Shown here: positions 16,119 through 28,439 of the stretch, piece by piece
Position numbering within the stretch: position 1 is the first letter of the stretch
Layout: the number at the start of each line of letters is the position of its first letter
Assembly (NCBI GenBank): GCA_964016885.1
Contig: OZ024742.1
Span: forward strand, 143,964,001 to 144,028,000
DNA: 64,000 nt
Direction: 5' to 3'
Source: Eledone cirrhosa
Taxonomy: Eukaryota
Translations under genes and position numbers: made by a program
Notes under the pieces: model-generated
What the model saw: the letters and a program-made list of their open reading frames with translations, nothing else
Told to the model about the DNA's origin: nothing
Databases searched by the model: none

Positions 16119-16564
16119 ACTAGACCTGAAAAATGCGCAAGCTCAAAAGAGCCACAGAATGTTATAATAAACCTTCAAAAGTGTGGGACTAGATTTGTTG
16201 CTCAAAAATATTGTAATCATTATCTATCGTACACTCTGTGGCACCCTTTTATAAAAAAGAGACTCATAACGAACTCAAGACGACACGATAATTATTTAAG
16301 TTAATTTATAATATAGAATTCGGTTTAAGTGCATTTCGTATTAATCATTACTAAACATCTAATATGAGATATTGAACATTAGCTTAAATAATTATCGTGT
16401 CGTCTTGAGTTCGTTATGAGTGTCTTTTTTATAAAAGGATGCCACAGAGTGTACGATAGATAATGATTACAATATTTTTGAGCAACAAATCTAGTCCCAC
16501 ACTTTTGAAGGTTTATTATAACATTCTGTGGCGCTTTTGAGCTTGCGCATTTTTCAGGTCTAGT
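16119..16564. repeat. Near-perfect fold-back element (~187-bp arms)
   Basis: 16119-16305 is the reverse complement of 16378-16564 with only a handful of mismatches. Ends ACTAGACC...GGTCTAGT. Confidence 0.95.
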
Positions 16565-16668
16565 AAATATATTAGCAGAATATAAATTGAAGAAACTATT
16601 ATCATGTTTTTAAATATATCAAACATTAAAGTAATATATCAGTGTATTGTTTTCCCTTGTTAACCTGT

Positions 16669-16703
<35 letters not shown>

Positions 16704-16706
<3 letters not shown>

Positions 16707-17575
16707 GTGTGTCAGAAAAGTTCCAGGACTGATGTCACAAAAGATTTATTTCAAACTCAAACTTCACACTAAGAGTTTTCTCCTTCAAAGTAATCCCCTG
16801 GAGTCTAATGCACTTTTCCATCCTTTTCTGCCACGCTTGCATGCACTCATAGAAGGATTCTTCCGGGATCCTCCGCAGTTCCGTCGTCACGGCCTTTTTG
16901 ATGTCGTCCATGTCTTCAAAACGGGTCCCCTCCGGGTCGTACTCGAAGATCCATGACTCATCACCTGTGATGACTGTCCCTAGCAAGTCTGGTTCGGTTT
17001 CAAGACGCTCAAGGATGTCCTGGGACACTTGCATGCGTCGACCCTTCTGGTCATCGTTCAATAGTTTTGGGACCATCTTCGTGCAGATTTTCCGCATGTC
17101 CAAATCTTCGTTGAGAATCTTCCAGACGCTGTCCCGATTCATGCCCAGCTCATTTGCCATCAGTCGAACAGTCACCGACGATCGCTACGCACCATCTGCC
17201 TGACGCGCTCAACGTTGAACTCAGTCCTGGTTGTTGAGGGCCTTCCGCTCCTGGGGTCATATTCCACATCCTCGCGTCCTTCTTTAAACCTCTTGCACCA
17301 CTCAAAAACACGTGAGCGTGACATCGTCTCATCTCCACGCACTTGCTGCAGCAATCCCAGTGCTTCTGACGGAGTTTTCAAGTTTGTTCGTTGCTCTGTG
17401 CTCATTGCTTGACGACCTGAAAATTATGAAGAAAAAGTTTTATCGCTGCAGAGAGTTAAGATTACAGTTACATACTCCAGGGGGATTACTTTGAAGGAGA
17501 AAACTCTTAGTGTGAAGTTTGGGTTTGAAATAAATCTTTTGTGACATCAATCCTGGAACTTTCTGACACACCTCA
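16704..17575 (-). mobile_element. Internally deleted mariner transposon with ~100-bp inverted repeats
   Basis: ORFs 17172-17405 and 16735-17175 give 'RVFEWCKRFKEGREDVEYDPRSGRPST', 'KMVPKLL' and 'VITGDESWIFEYDPE'. Long TIRs, inserted in (TA)n. Confidence 0.95.
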
Positions 17576-17599
17576 TATATATATATATACAGAAATAGA

Positions 17600-18180
17600 A
17601 ATAGAAGCTTTGCCATACTATTTTGACGATATAATATAGTCTAATAATGTGGCCTACAAAACCACTGAAGGGAAAAAGATGGATATCTTTTTTCCACCCA
17701 CTGGGTTTATATGCTTCTATTTCAATGCTTCTATTTCAATTCCAAACTTCACTCACCATGTTCCAAATATACTTCCTGAATACCTTTAATTCATTGGCAC
17801 TCTACACAGGGTTTTCACACTGGACTCTTACCAGGATTCTACCTGAATTTCTATCTGGATTTTTTCTCAGATGACAGGACTATTTTTATTGTTTTACATT
17901 ATACCAATAGCCACAACTCTCCACTATTTTTCCTCTCACTCCACAACTTCTTTCCCATGTTCTCCACTTCACTCTTCTTCAATCTTGTCTTCTACACGTT
18001 TCTCTGTTATCCTTTTTACTCTTGTCGGATATTTTATTTTCTCTCCCAAACATCCTCTCTACTCTTTTTTTCTATCTTCTGATAAAGGACTACCATTCGA
18101 AAAGTTAAGACTCTTTCCCAACAAAATCAAGCATTAGAATATTTACTACATTCTATTATTGTTCTCCTGTCACCGATGAT
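17600..18180 (+). mobile_element. Possible Penelope-like 3' remnant with a degenerate hammerhead motif
   Basis: Pyrimidine-rich tract followed by TCTT-CTGATAA...CGAAA..TTA-AGA at ~18075-18110. No intact ORF. Confidence 0.35.
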
Positions 18181-18355
18181 ATATTCCTGATCACCTCACC
18201 TCTACCCATAGAGTAGTCAATGACCAACACCCTCTTTAGTGTTGGTCCTCCCAGTACAGGAATGTATGTGAGCAAGATGCAGGCCCCTGTCCCAGCTGAG
18301 AAGTCCCATGTGATGACCCATCCAACCCTTGCTAGCAGAGAAAATGGATGTTAAA

Positions 18356-18406
<51 letters not shown>

Positions 18407-18412
<6 letters not shown>

Positions 18413-19300
18413 TATGTACACGTGCATACATATATGTATACAGACGTACAGTAGTATGTATATATATATACATACATGCACACATATATATATATGTACG
18501 TATGGATTCACCGAACATTTATTATAATGCTCGGTGTGTTTGTAAACAAACATCCCGTATTAAGCCGTAGTGTCTAGCAACCGTCGTTGCTCGTTTGTTC
18601 AACACTGACAAAGGAACGCTGTACTAGCCTCAAGCTTATTAGCTATCGTCAGCAACGTATACCTTCCTGCCAGATTGTTGAACGTATATACTTACCTTAT
18701 GCATATTAACGGCTGAGTAGCCCAATTTGCATATCGAGTGGGTTAATCGGTCGGGTGCACCGAAAACGATAAACGGAAAAAATGAAACGAAATTTCATTT
18801 CCCACTCTTAGTACGTCTTAGTACGTCTGTATACATATATGTATGCACGTGTACATACTTATATTTAAGTAACAGCTGTACTAAGAGTGGGAAATGAAAT
18901 TTCGTTTCATTTTTTTCCGTTTATCGTTTTCGGTGCACCCGGCCGATTAACCCACTCGATATGCAAATTGGGCTACTCAGCCGTTAATATGCGTAAGGTA
19001 AGTATATACGTTCAACAATCTGGCAGGAAGGTATACGTTGCTGACGATAGCTAATAAGCTTGAGGCTAGTACAGCGTTCCTTTGTCAGTGTTGAACAAAC
19101 GAGCAACGATGGTTGCTAGACACTACGGCTTAATATGGGATGTTTGTTTACAAACACACCGAGCATTATAATAAATGTTCGGTGAATCCATACGTACATA
19201 TATATATGTGTGCATGTATATATATATATATATACATACTACTATACGTCTGTATACATATATACTAAGAGTGGGCAATGAAATTTCTTTTCATTTTCTC
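18407..19300. repeat. Complex long inverted repeat (~385-bp arms)
   Basis: 18431-18814 is the near-identical reverse complement of 18878-19263. Additional nested inverted and direct duplications are present. Confidence 0.95.
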
Positions 19301-19320
19301 CTTTTATATATATATATATA

Positions 19321-19522
19321 TCATCATCATCAGGTCGAGCTTGCTCGGCTTTCTATGACACGTTTCCTCCATTCATCTCTGTCTCTCATAGCGTTTACAA
19401 GTTCTTCCACAGTGCATCCAGTATCGTCTTCAAGTTGCTTGACGTATGTCTTCTTGGGACGACCAGCGTTTCTTGGCCCATGAGATGGACTCCATAACAA
19501 CACATCACCTGCTATTTCTTCC
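19321..19522 (-). mobile_element. 3' end of a second LINE family (RTE-like)
   Basis: Minus translation 'EEIAGDVLLWSPSHGPRNAGRPKKTYVKQLEDDTG...AMRDRDEWR' followed by a TGA-repeat tail. Confidence 0.8.
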
Positions 19523-19539
19523 TATATATGTATATCATT

Positions 19540-19926
19540 TCATCATCATTTCATTTTACGTCCGCTTTTTCCCTGCTTGCAAGGGTGGGACGGGAACTGA
19601 TTCTGGCTTGATTTCTACAGCTGGATGCCCTTCCTAACACCAATCTCATTTACAGTGAGTGGTGGGTGCTTTTTTGCCATGGCGCCTAGACGTCCACTTT
19701 ATAGTGTGGGCTGGGTGCTTTTTTGCCGTGGCACCTCCACGACCACTTTGCAGTGGAATGATAGGGACCCTAGTCCTATCATCTCATTTCTACAGCTGAG
19801 TAAACTGGAGCAATGTGAAATAAAGTGTCTTGCTCAAGGACACAACACATCACCCGGTCTGAGAATTGAACTCACAACCTTTTGATTATAAGGCCAATGC
19901 TCTAACCACTAAGCCACGTGCGTCCA
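19540..19926 (-). mobile_element. Family A SINE (tRNA head, CORE-like body, RTE-derived tail)
   Basis: Near-identical to the copies at 34598, 38255, 59430 and 59916. A box TGGCTTAGTGG and B box GAGTTCAATTC. Confidence 0.92.
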
Positions 19927-20181
<255 letters not shown>

Positions 20182-20371
20182 TTCGTTTCTGAATTTGTTT
20201 ACCAACATTCTTTATCTGAAAACGTGTGTTGAAATCGATACTGTTATACTTTGGGAGGGTCATGTTGCCAATAAGAAACACACGCACCAGTTGCTTTCAC
20301 TTCAATTTATTATAATAAGTTTATAAATTTCCGGTTGGTTGGTTCCACAACCAGATGATTGTTTATATATT

Positions 20372-20414
20372 GTCAAAGTTCTTTCGTCATACATTCTGTG
20401 ACCTCTTCAGTGAC
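20372..20414 (-). ncRNA. Hammerhead ribozyme-like motif (type I, minimal)
   Basis: Minus strand reads GUCA-CUGAAGA-G-GUCA(CAGAAUGUA)UGAC-GAAA-GAAC-UU-UGAC. Helices I and II pair. There is one extra G before helix II and helix III is very short. Confidence 0.55.
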
Positions 20415-20578
20415 TGGGGATTCTTTCCTTTGTTTTTGTGCCTCTCCTTTGTTCTGTCCTACGCCATCTTGTTTTTGTGTGTTGTGTGCTTAGTTTGCGC
20501 ATGTGTTACATCCGGGTGTCCGGGTGTTCGTGTGTGTATGTGTATATATACGAACACATACATATACATATATATACA

Positions 20579-20924
20579 CAGTATACCCCACATATTCGCA
20601 GTTTGGCATTTGTGGTCCCAGTTATTCATGGAATTTTCCTTAGAACTAATAATTATTCATGGAAATCACTGTGTATTCACGGAATCATAAATATCTCTTG
20701 TGATTTTTTAACGCCTTTTTTCGTGGCAATATATATTTTTTCACACTTTTTAATGCTAAATTATTGATTACAATATACCGTTTTTGTAGGCCTATATCTT
20801 ACGTTATATTTTGATGTTTATATGCATTTTTATAGACTACATCCAATATTCGCTGTTTTTCACTCTTCGTGGGTACTCTAGGAATATAAGCCCCGTGAAT
20901 ACTGGGGGGGGGGGGGGGCAACTG
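20579..20924. mobile_element. Tigger/pogo-type MITE
   Basis: Degenerate TIRs CAGTATACCCC.CATATTCGC / GTGAATACTGGG(G)nCAACTG. Confidence 0.5.
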
Positions 20925-21199
20925 CAAAGGTAAAACTATATATACAAAGTTCAAATGTATGTAGAGAATTATATATGATAGTATATAATTGCTACATCAT
21001 TTCAGAATTAGCTCAATGTGTTTATATATTATATTGGTCTGAAGAAAAGGTAGATTTTTCAGCGAGAAAGAGTTGGAAAGGCAAACATAAACACAGAGCA
21101 AATATAATCAAATATATATATGGAAAAATTAGCTTTTAAACCATTTTTAATTCCTTACATATGTTTCACTACCAAAGTAGATTTTGAATACTCATTTAC

Positions 21200-21800
21200 T
21201 GGCTAAGTCGTAAGCCTTGCTATTCTGGAGTTTCAGCTGTGCACTCACAGCTGTGATATAATTTCTTAATTTCTCAAATGTGTGGCTGCAAGTGGTCAGG
21301 GTGACTGTATAGCTAACTTGAAAGGTTGCAAGTGAGGGATAAAGTAGTGAAGATGGTTGTGTATTTAGGTAGCTAGCTTGAAAGAGAGGGAAAAGCCAAT
21401 GAGGAAGAGCATTAGTTCTGGGATCCAGGTTGTTTCAGTAGGATTCTAGTAAGATGTGGATATAATGGGTTAGGTTGTCAAAGATGGCAAATGGAGGCAT
21501 GATTAAAGAGAAATATTGATAGCATCTGCATGATATATCCATCTGCCTATCTTTTTGGTGCTCACAGTCCACAGTCTATTTTTATCATTGCTCAGGCACT
21601 CAGATGTCAAAATTCCCAGCAGGAATCGTTTTGTGGAGGATATAAAAATTTGTGTTCTTGTTCCCTGATTTTGGAAATAAATGATCATGATCAAATTGAT
21701 ATATGTTTTTGTGTGTATTTCTAGTATTTGTTTCTTTTTGTTCTGTTTAAATTGGAGACAGCTGAATAGAAGTGTGTAATCATTTTCACTTTCCAATGGT
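21200..21800 (-). mobile_element. Possible decayed Penelope-like RT fragment
   Basis: Frameshifted 'F....YFQNQGT' and 'W.Y.AD.I' resemble Penelope RT motifs. Weak evidence. Confidence 0.25.
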
Positions 21801-23205
21801 AAGCATGTCCAATAGTTTGAGTGTTCACTTTCAAAGAGTATTATTAGACAAAGTGAGACAAGTATAGGGTGATCTACAGAAAATAGATTACAAATAGTAA
21901 CAATGTGTGCATAATAGAATATTTCTTGATGATTTTAGGACAACAGTTATTGCCTACTGCAACAATTTTTGCTAAACTAAGGTTATCTTAAAAAAAACAA
22001 CTCTTTATTTAATATTCATATAAAAAGACAACAATTAACAAAAATAGCTTTGGAATTCTATGTTTAAAAATAGCTTTTTTTGTTTTTAGTTTGAATTTGT
22101 TTGGAAATTAAAGTAGTTTAAATTGATAAAGTGCTGCTATTTGAGCAAACTTTTTGGTTGTTAATCTTGTCAATAATTTCTTTTTTCAGTCAACAGATAC
22201 ACAAAATAGTTGAATAATTGCATTAAACATTCTTTATGGTATTTAACTTACTTGGATTCTAAGTTAATGTGTCAAATGAAATAAGATGTAAACTAGGGAA
22301 CTATGATGCTAAAATGTTCAACCAATGTTGTTTATTAATTAATATTTATTTATATTTTAGTAACAAAGCCAAAATTATTTGGGTCTAAGTTCTTATTCAA
22401 CAAAATATTTCCATTTGGCAACTTAAAAAAAAATGTAGCTCAATTGAATGTTAACCATTCTGAGATAGTAATAAAGCAACTATAAAAAAGAAGACAGTGA
22501 AAAGAGGCTTTATAGAGATAAGCAGTACCCAAAGCATAAAAAAAAAAAAAAATAAATAAATAAATAAAAATAGTAATAATATAGTAGCACAGATCATCAG
22601 TCTAAGCACTTTAGATGATTGATGCAAAAGATAAGAATTTTCTAGAGTAGTTGATAATTAATTCTTCCAAGATTCCGGCAAAGATTATAAATAGCATTGG
22701 CAACAATTAGAATATGATGACTTATTAATTTTATCAACTTCTTAGCTCAAGGTAGAACTCAGCAATCTATCCTCAGAAACGATATATATTAGACTCTGTA
22801 GTTTTGAATACTCGATGACATATAAGCAAATATCATCTTACCATAACAGTAGAGATTTCACTTTGCTTCATTGGGATTATCATATTAACACTACATCAAG
22901 TTCTAAAATGGTTATCTCCCTTCTTAATTAGATAGAACACTAACGAGTGTATATATATATATATACACTTGTTAGGGTATATATATACCCTTGCAAGCAG
23001 GGAAAAACGGACGTAAAATGATGATGATATATACATATACAGAAGTTAGTTGTGGAACTAACACTTCTACCAAACTCGTCCTATGAACTGAATGCTCTAC
23101 TACTACAGATATAACCTCCGTGTTGTACCACTATATGTGTGTGAGTCCCGGGTTCAATGACGAGTAAGCACAGTAAGGTACTCAATACATTAGTTGAGTG
23201 TAAAC

Positions 23206-23342
23206 ATCAAGTTTGATATAGAAATGGCTTCCACATCACTAGAACTGTTTAATTTGAAATAAATCACCGGGTGTTTTGCGATGATTTCTTTCAAATGAAA
23301 CAGCTCTAGTCCTATGGAAGCCGTTTCTATATTAAACTTGAT
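23206..23342. repeat. Hairpin with ~61-bp arms
   Basis: 23206-23266 is complementary to 23282-23342. Preceded by AAGGTACTCAATAC and followed by TA repeats. Confidence 0.85.
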
Positions 23343-24033
23343 ATATATATAAATTCAATGTTAGAGAAACAACACCAAATTCTTGAACAAATGAAAATTA
23401 TCGATTATATAATCAATAATAGAAAATGATAATATAACAAGATAATGATATGACCTCATATACACACATACACATACACACACATATATATATATATACA
23501 TATATATATGGCTAATTAACTATGTTAAGAGATCTGGAGCTACAGAAACATTAAACTGATGGATCAAGTTATGAAAGTAGCAGAAAGGGTCTTAGCATGA
23601 CTTATTAGGAAAAGAATCAGATTAGATAATATATAGATTGCAAGTGATGGCTGTAGTTTAACCAAAGTATTCTAATTAAACTTTTTTTTTATTTACTGGT
23701 TTCAGTCATTAGACTGTGGCCATGCTGGGTCACCACTTATTAACACCTGTATCTACAGGAAATAACATAAACACACACACACACACTCTCTCTCTCTATC
23801 TACACACACATGCATATATATATATATATATATATATAAAGTACTTGTTCAATTAACACTTAGAATTTAATATTCTATCATACTATTTCATTATAATACC
23901 ATTATATATATTTTAAAGGATTGTAAATAAAACGAGTAAATCAGACAAAGTTGGAATTCCTCTTATTAATATAATCTTCTATACACAATCATACACACCC
24001 GTGTATATTTACCTATCTATATCTATATATATA

Positions 24034-24066
<33 letters not shown>

Positions 24067-24071
<5 letters not shown>

Positions 24072-24220
24072 AACAAGTAAGACCCCGACGGCTGAGCTCA
24101 AGCCGTTTTGACGGCTAATTCTGTACTCTTACTTGTTCCTATTACCCACTCTACTACCCTAAGTATTGAGTACTTTGGTGCGTTATGGTCCACCTGGTTC
24201 CTTACCACATTTCCTTCGTT
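24067..24220 (-). mobile_element. Short hairpin-ended repeat (family H), copy 1
   Basis: Homologous to 31414-31556 and 58482-58575. 16-bp perfect IR at 24067-24082 and 24127-24142. Embedded in (TA)n. Confidence 0.85.
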
Positions 24221-24823
24221 ATATATATATATATATATGTGTATATATACGACATGACGGAACCCAGAGCCGCCACACGATTGCAAATTGAATTCCTTAA
24301 ACACACAGTTGTGCATGCCATTTTAAAGTGAAGGAAAAGATTAAGTTGATAGAAAAGTTCAAATTTATACCCAGAATCCATAACTGGATGGATAATTTTA
24401 AGTATGAACATTTGTTTTACATTTGCATGTATAGATATTTGTGTAAATAGATCCTTGATTTGAACATCCTGTTCTATAATATTTCAAACATTGGTCAAAA
24501 ATAGAATCTTTTGCACTGAAAAGAAAAGATTACTAAAGATTTAAAAATGAGAGATGTGTGTTCAGTGTTTGGAGGAGGAAATGGAATGCAAAGAGTGAGG
24601 TATATTTGAAGATGAGGTTTTAAATAAGAATAGAAAGTGAAGTAGTAAAGTAGACAACGATGTGTTTTTAGCAGGGTAGAAATAAGTAAATTCAAAGACT
24701 CAAAGAAATCTATATTTTGAAGTGGTGAAGATAGAAGGAGAAGGAGGTAGAAAGGAAGGAGAGAGAGAGACCAGGAGGAAGAAAAATTTTTCTTTAATGG
24801 TAAATTTTGTTTATGTCTGATAA

Positions 24824-25980
24824 TCATCATCATCATCATCATTTAACGTCCATTTTTCCACGCTAGCATGAGTTAGACAGGTTGCCCCATTATGAGACAA
24901 GTTACGTCTGATGACCATGTCTTGCTCATACAGAACTGGTTTGGCTTTGTTTCTATGGCTGGGTGCCCATCATAGCACCAACCACGTTTACAGTGTATGT
25001 TGAGTGCTTTTTGTCGTGATACCTACACAACTACTTTATAGTTTGGGCTGGGTGCTTTTTGTTGTGCTACCTGCATGACCATTTTACAATGTGGGCTGGG
25101 TGCCTTTTGTTGTGTCGCTTTACAGTGTGGGATGGGGATTTAGGTAGGGGATGTGTGTGGGGATTGGGGCGGTAGATCTAGGGGTGTGTGAGGGGGTGGA
25201 GTGTTAGGACAGAGGAGGTATACGAAGGGGAGAAATGTTGACAGAGGGGAATGTTAGGACGTGGAAGTGTATGGAAGGGAGAGGCAGAAGGTAGAGCACA
25301 CAAGATGTATGCTTCAACCCATGCACATGGGAAGGCAGATCTTCTGTATTACTATATCATGCCAGAGATCTCAGTCCTGTGTCAACACTGTTGAGAGGTG
25401 CAATTGTGCAAGGTCAGCTTTTATCACCTCATCCCAAGTCTTCCTACATCATATAGCTTCCATCAACCTAGAGCCCCCTGCACCTTTTTATACAGCTGTC
25501 ATCCTTCATATGCATCACATGTCCATACCAATGCATTTTCATCTCCTGCACACTGCAGCTGATCCTTCTTATATGCAGTTTAATGCTTTGCTGTTCATGT
25601 TTATTACTATTACACATCTATTGAAGCATGGAAGCTTCATTTCTTTTCAATCTTCGTAGGTTTACAGCACATAGTGCCCAGGTCTCACTGCCATGCAATA
25701 TTGCTGTTCATATACATACATCATACAATCTGCCCTTCATTTTGAAGGAACTACTACTGCTGCTAACCACTTTTGTGGTTATCAGCAGTAGTAGTTCCCT
25801 GAACTTTCTCTATCCCATTCTCATTCTAGTTACAGAACTTTCGGAGCATCCACCTCCACTGCTAATTTGGTCGCCCAGGTAATGGAAACTAGTTCTACTG
25901 AGCCTTCTGAGCATTTAAAGGAGTTAGTATCCTATGGACTGTTGCTACTTACTGCACCTGTGCAATGGCTACATATAAAT
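24824..25980 (-). mobile_element. Degenerate RTE LINE 3' portion
   Basis: CAT tail, UTR repeats, and decayed C-terminal coding sequence homologous to 7645-8470. Confidence 0.85.
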
Positions 25981-25984
25981 TAAC

Positions 25985-27190
25985 TCCTATTTTTGCATGA
26001 CACATATAAGTTGAGCCTTTTTTTTACCTAAAAATTACTCCAAAAGTAACAACTTGATTTATACACAAGTTAGTTATAAAGAAATGTTTTCATGAATGAT
26101 ATTACAATTCTAACAATTACAGTATTTGATTACCAGTTCTATTTTACATTTCCATCAGAGTTGTGTGCTAATGATATTAAAAGCTAGGAAACATATTCTG
26201 AGATACAAAAGATGTGCTGACAAGTGTTTTATTGATGACATTTTGATAGCATTAATTTCTATATCAGAACATAACCAATGAGTTTATTCTTAATAGAGCA
26301 AAATGAGAAGTTTTTATCTGAAAAATTGATTATCTGAGTATCATATCTCTGGACAATTAAGGTCAATTGTTTTTGTCAATCATAGCTAAAATAATGTTCA
26401 GAAAAATTATGGCAAAATTAAGTGTGGCTCTTGCATTAATTTTCACATTAAATACATTTTATTATAATCTGTCTTCTTAAAGGTTTACTGTCAGTACTAA
26501 TAACAAACCATCGTAGCACATGTTTGTGCTTTTGTGTTATATATAGTGACATCAATCTGGTGATGTAGTATAACAATTTCCATTTCTTTACAAAAAGAAT
26601 TATTCAAGAAACTACCTGATCAAACTAGAAGACATGCCTATGATGCCAACTCAAAGTTGTAGCATATACAATTTAGAACAAGAACAACAATAAAGCTGCT
26701 CATAAATTTAATGTAGCAGAGAAGCAAGTTAGAGATTAGAAAAAATCAGCTGCTCAAATACATAGCAGAGCAGTTAAGAACAAAGAAGTTTTGTGCGTGG
26801 ATTCACCACACATCATGAAGCAGATGAACAGGTATTGCATGATTAGATTTTAAAACACAAACAGAATAGCTTTGTTGAAATCCAATGTGTCTTCAAGTTC
26901 GCGATCAGATTACCTTCAGTGACTTGAACTTTAAAGCTTCTGTTGGATGATGCACGCACTTCATAAATTGTTTTGGATTGTCTCTATGAGTCCATACTAA
27001 AATCAGCTAGAGGACCATGCACTTGAGAACGCTGAAGAAGAAAAAGACGAAGAAGAGGCTGATTGTCATAGTGACCTCAAGATCGAGGAACAGGCCTGGC
27101 AATTGTGTGAATATTCTAATGAAGAAGATTTCCATAGTTTTGACAGATTTGAATGAACAGCTTAATGGTTTAACAGCAAAATCTTTGCAA
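25985..27190 (+). mobile_element. Decayed pogo-family (POGK/BrkDBD-like) DNA transposon
   Basis: 'YDAN.KL...KAAHKFNVAEKQVRD*' remnant near 26640-26745. Pogo-like subterminal motifs near 26000-26070. Confidence 0.5.
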
Positions 27191-27439
27191 AGATTATATA
27201 TATATATATATATATATCTGTGGCTAAGTGATGAGTCTTGTTACTCTGGAGTTTTATTCAGTAACAGAGACAGTATAAATAGGGAAAGACCTGGGGAGGG
27301 GGTTGAATGGGATTGGTATGTGGGGAGGGTGGTTTTGAGAGGATGTGGATAGTGATAGAGAGGATATGAGAATGTCTTTTACTTTTTCTTTATCTTTCTC
27401 TCTATACACACACACATATATACATCCTCTTCTAGGACA

Positions 27440-27710
27440 TAGGGGTATGTAAATACATAAGTGCAGTCAACAAGATGAGGGTTACCAAAGAGTGCAAGGA
27501 TAAATTTAGTTGTGGGTAGGAGTCCACTAAGGCTCAGTCCTCAGCCCCTTTCTGTTATTATAGTCATCCAGGCCATAACAGAAGAATCCCAAAACCAGTT
27601 GTCTGTCAGAGCTCTGATATGCTGTCAATCTAGCACTCATAGCTGAAAACGATTGTAGAACTAGAAAAATTCCAGACACGGAAGCCTAATATTGGAACAA
27701 TGTAATAGGA
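27440..27710 (+). mobile_element. Decayed RTE RT fragment
   Basis: 'VGVH*GSVLSPFL' and '*YAVNLAL' remnants of the RT core. Confidence 0.7.
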
Positions 27711-27849
27711 GCAAACCTTGTCTATAATCCAGCTTCATGAAAGCAATGAACTTTGTTTTGATCTTAAGAGTTCCTCTATGAAATATATTCACTTAGCAAG
27801 CATGGTTAGACATTGTATGGTTAATAGATATAAAAAAAAGTCTATCTTA

Positions 27850-28122
27850 AGCCATTTAAGGCTCATTAGACTGTGCTTATCCCGGTTTCATGGCGTGAAG
27901 CAACTGAGAGTAAAAGACTTCTCTGTGGACAGAATGCCAGTCCATCGCAGGGTTAAACCCCCCAGCTATTGCTGGTACTTATTTTTAGCTGAGTATACTA
28001 GAGCAATGTGAAATGAGCGTTTTGCTCAAGAACACAACACAACCCAGCCCAGCCCAGGAATTGAACCCACAACATTATGATCCTAATTCCAACACCCTTA
28101 CCATTAGGCCACACACCTTCAC
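27850..28122 (-). mobile_element. Older tRNA-headed SINE
   Basis: Minus-strand head TGGCCTAATGG...GGGTTCAATTCC and the CTTGAGCAA..C.CATTTCACATTGCTC core shared with family A. Confidence 0.75.
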
Positions 28123-28241
28123 TCAATAGATATAGGAAAGAAGAAAGAAATAATGAACTAATTATGTGTAAGGCAAAAATGTCTGAAGGGAGTGCTTTGC
28201 ATAATGTATATACATACAAATAGGGTCTTGCTATTTGTATA

Positions 28242-28439
28242 CAGGAGTCGTCTGAAAAGTTTATAGGCTGACTACAAAGGAATGAAACAGGCACTATGAA
28301 ATTTTGCAAGCATTAATTTCAACTCTTCTTATTAATAACTGCAGTGTTTCTTTCTAGGGACTGTGTAGAAAAATAAACCACATTTGGTAATTCCATGAGA
28401 GTAACTTAGTCAGCCTATGAACTTTTCAGCTGACTCTTG
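28242..28439. mobile_element. Mariner-derived MITE
   Basis: TA-flanked TIRs CAGGAGTCGTCTGAAAAGTT.ATAGGCTGAC / GTCAGCCTATGAACTTTTCAGCTGACTCTTG. Relatives at 33889-34086 and 48814-48988. Confidence 0.85.

Noticed and set aside
19037-19080. Hammerhead in the large palindrome (CTGACGA-TAGC...GCTA)
   Set aside because: The stem is followed by GTAC rather than GAAA, so the core is incomplete.
23275-23310. Hammerhead in the 23.2-kb hairpin (GCGATGA...GAAACAGCT)
   Set aside because: The core starts GCGAUGA instead of CUGAUGA and no helix I is evident.
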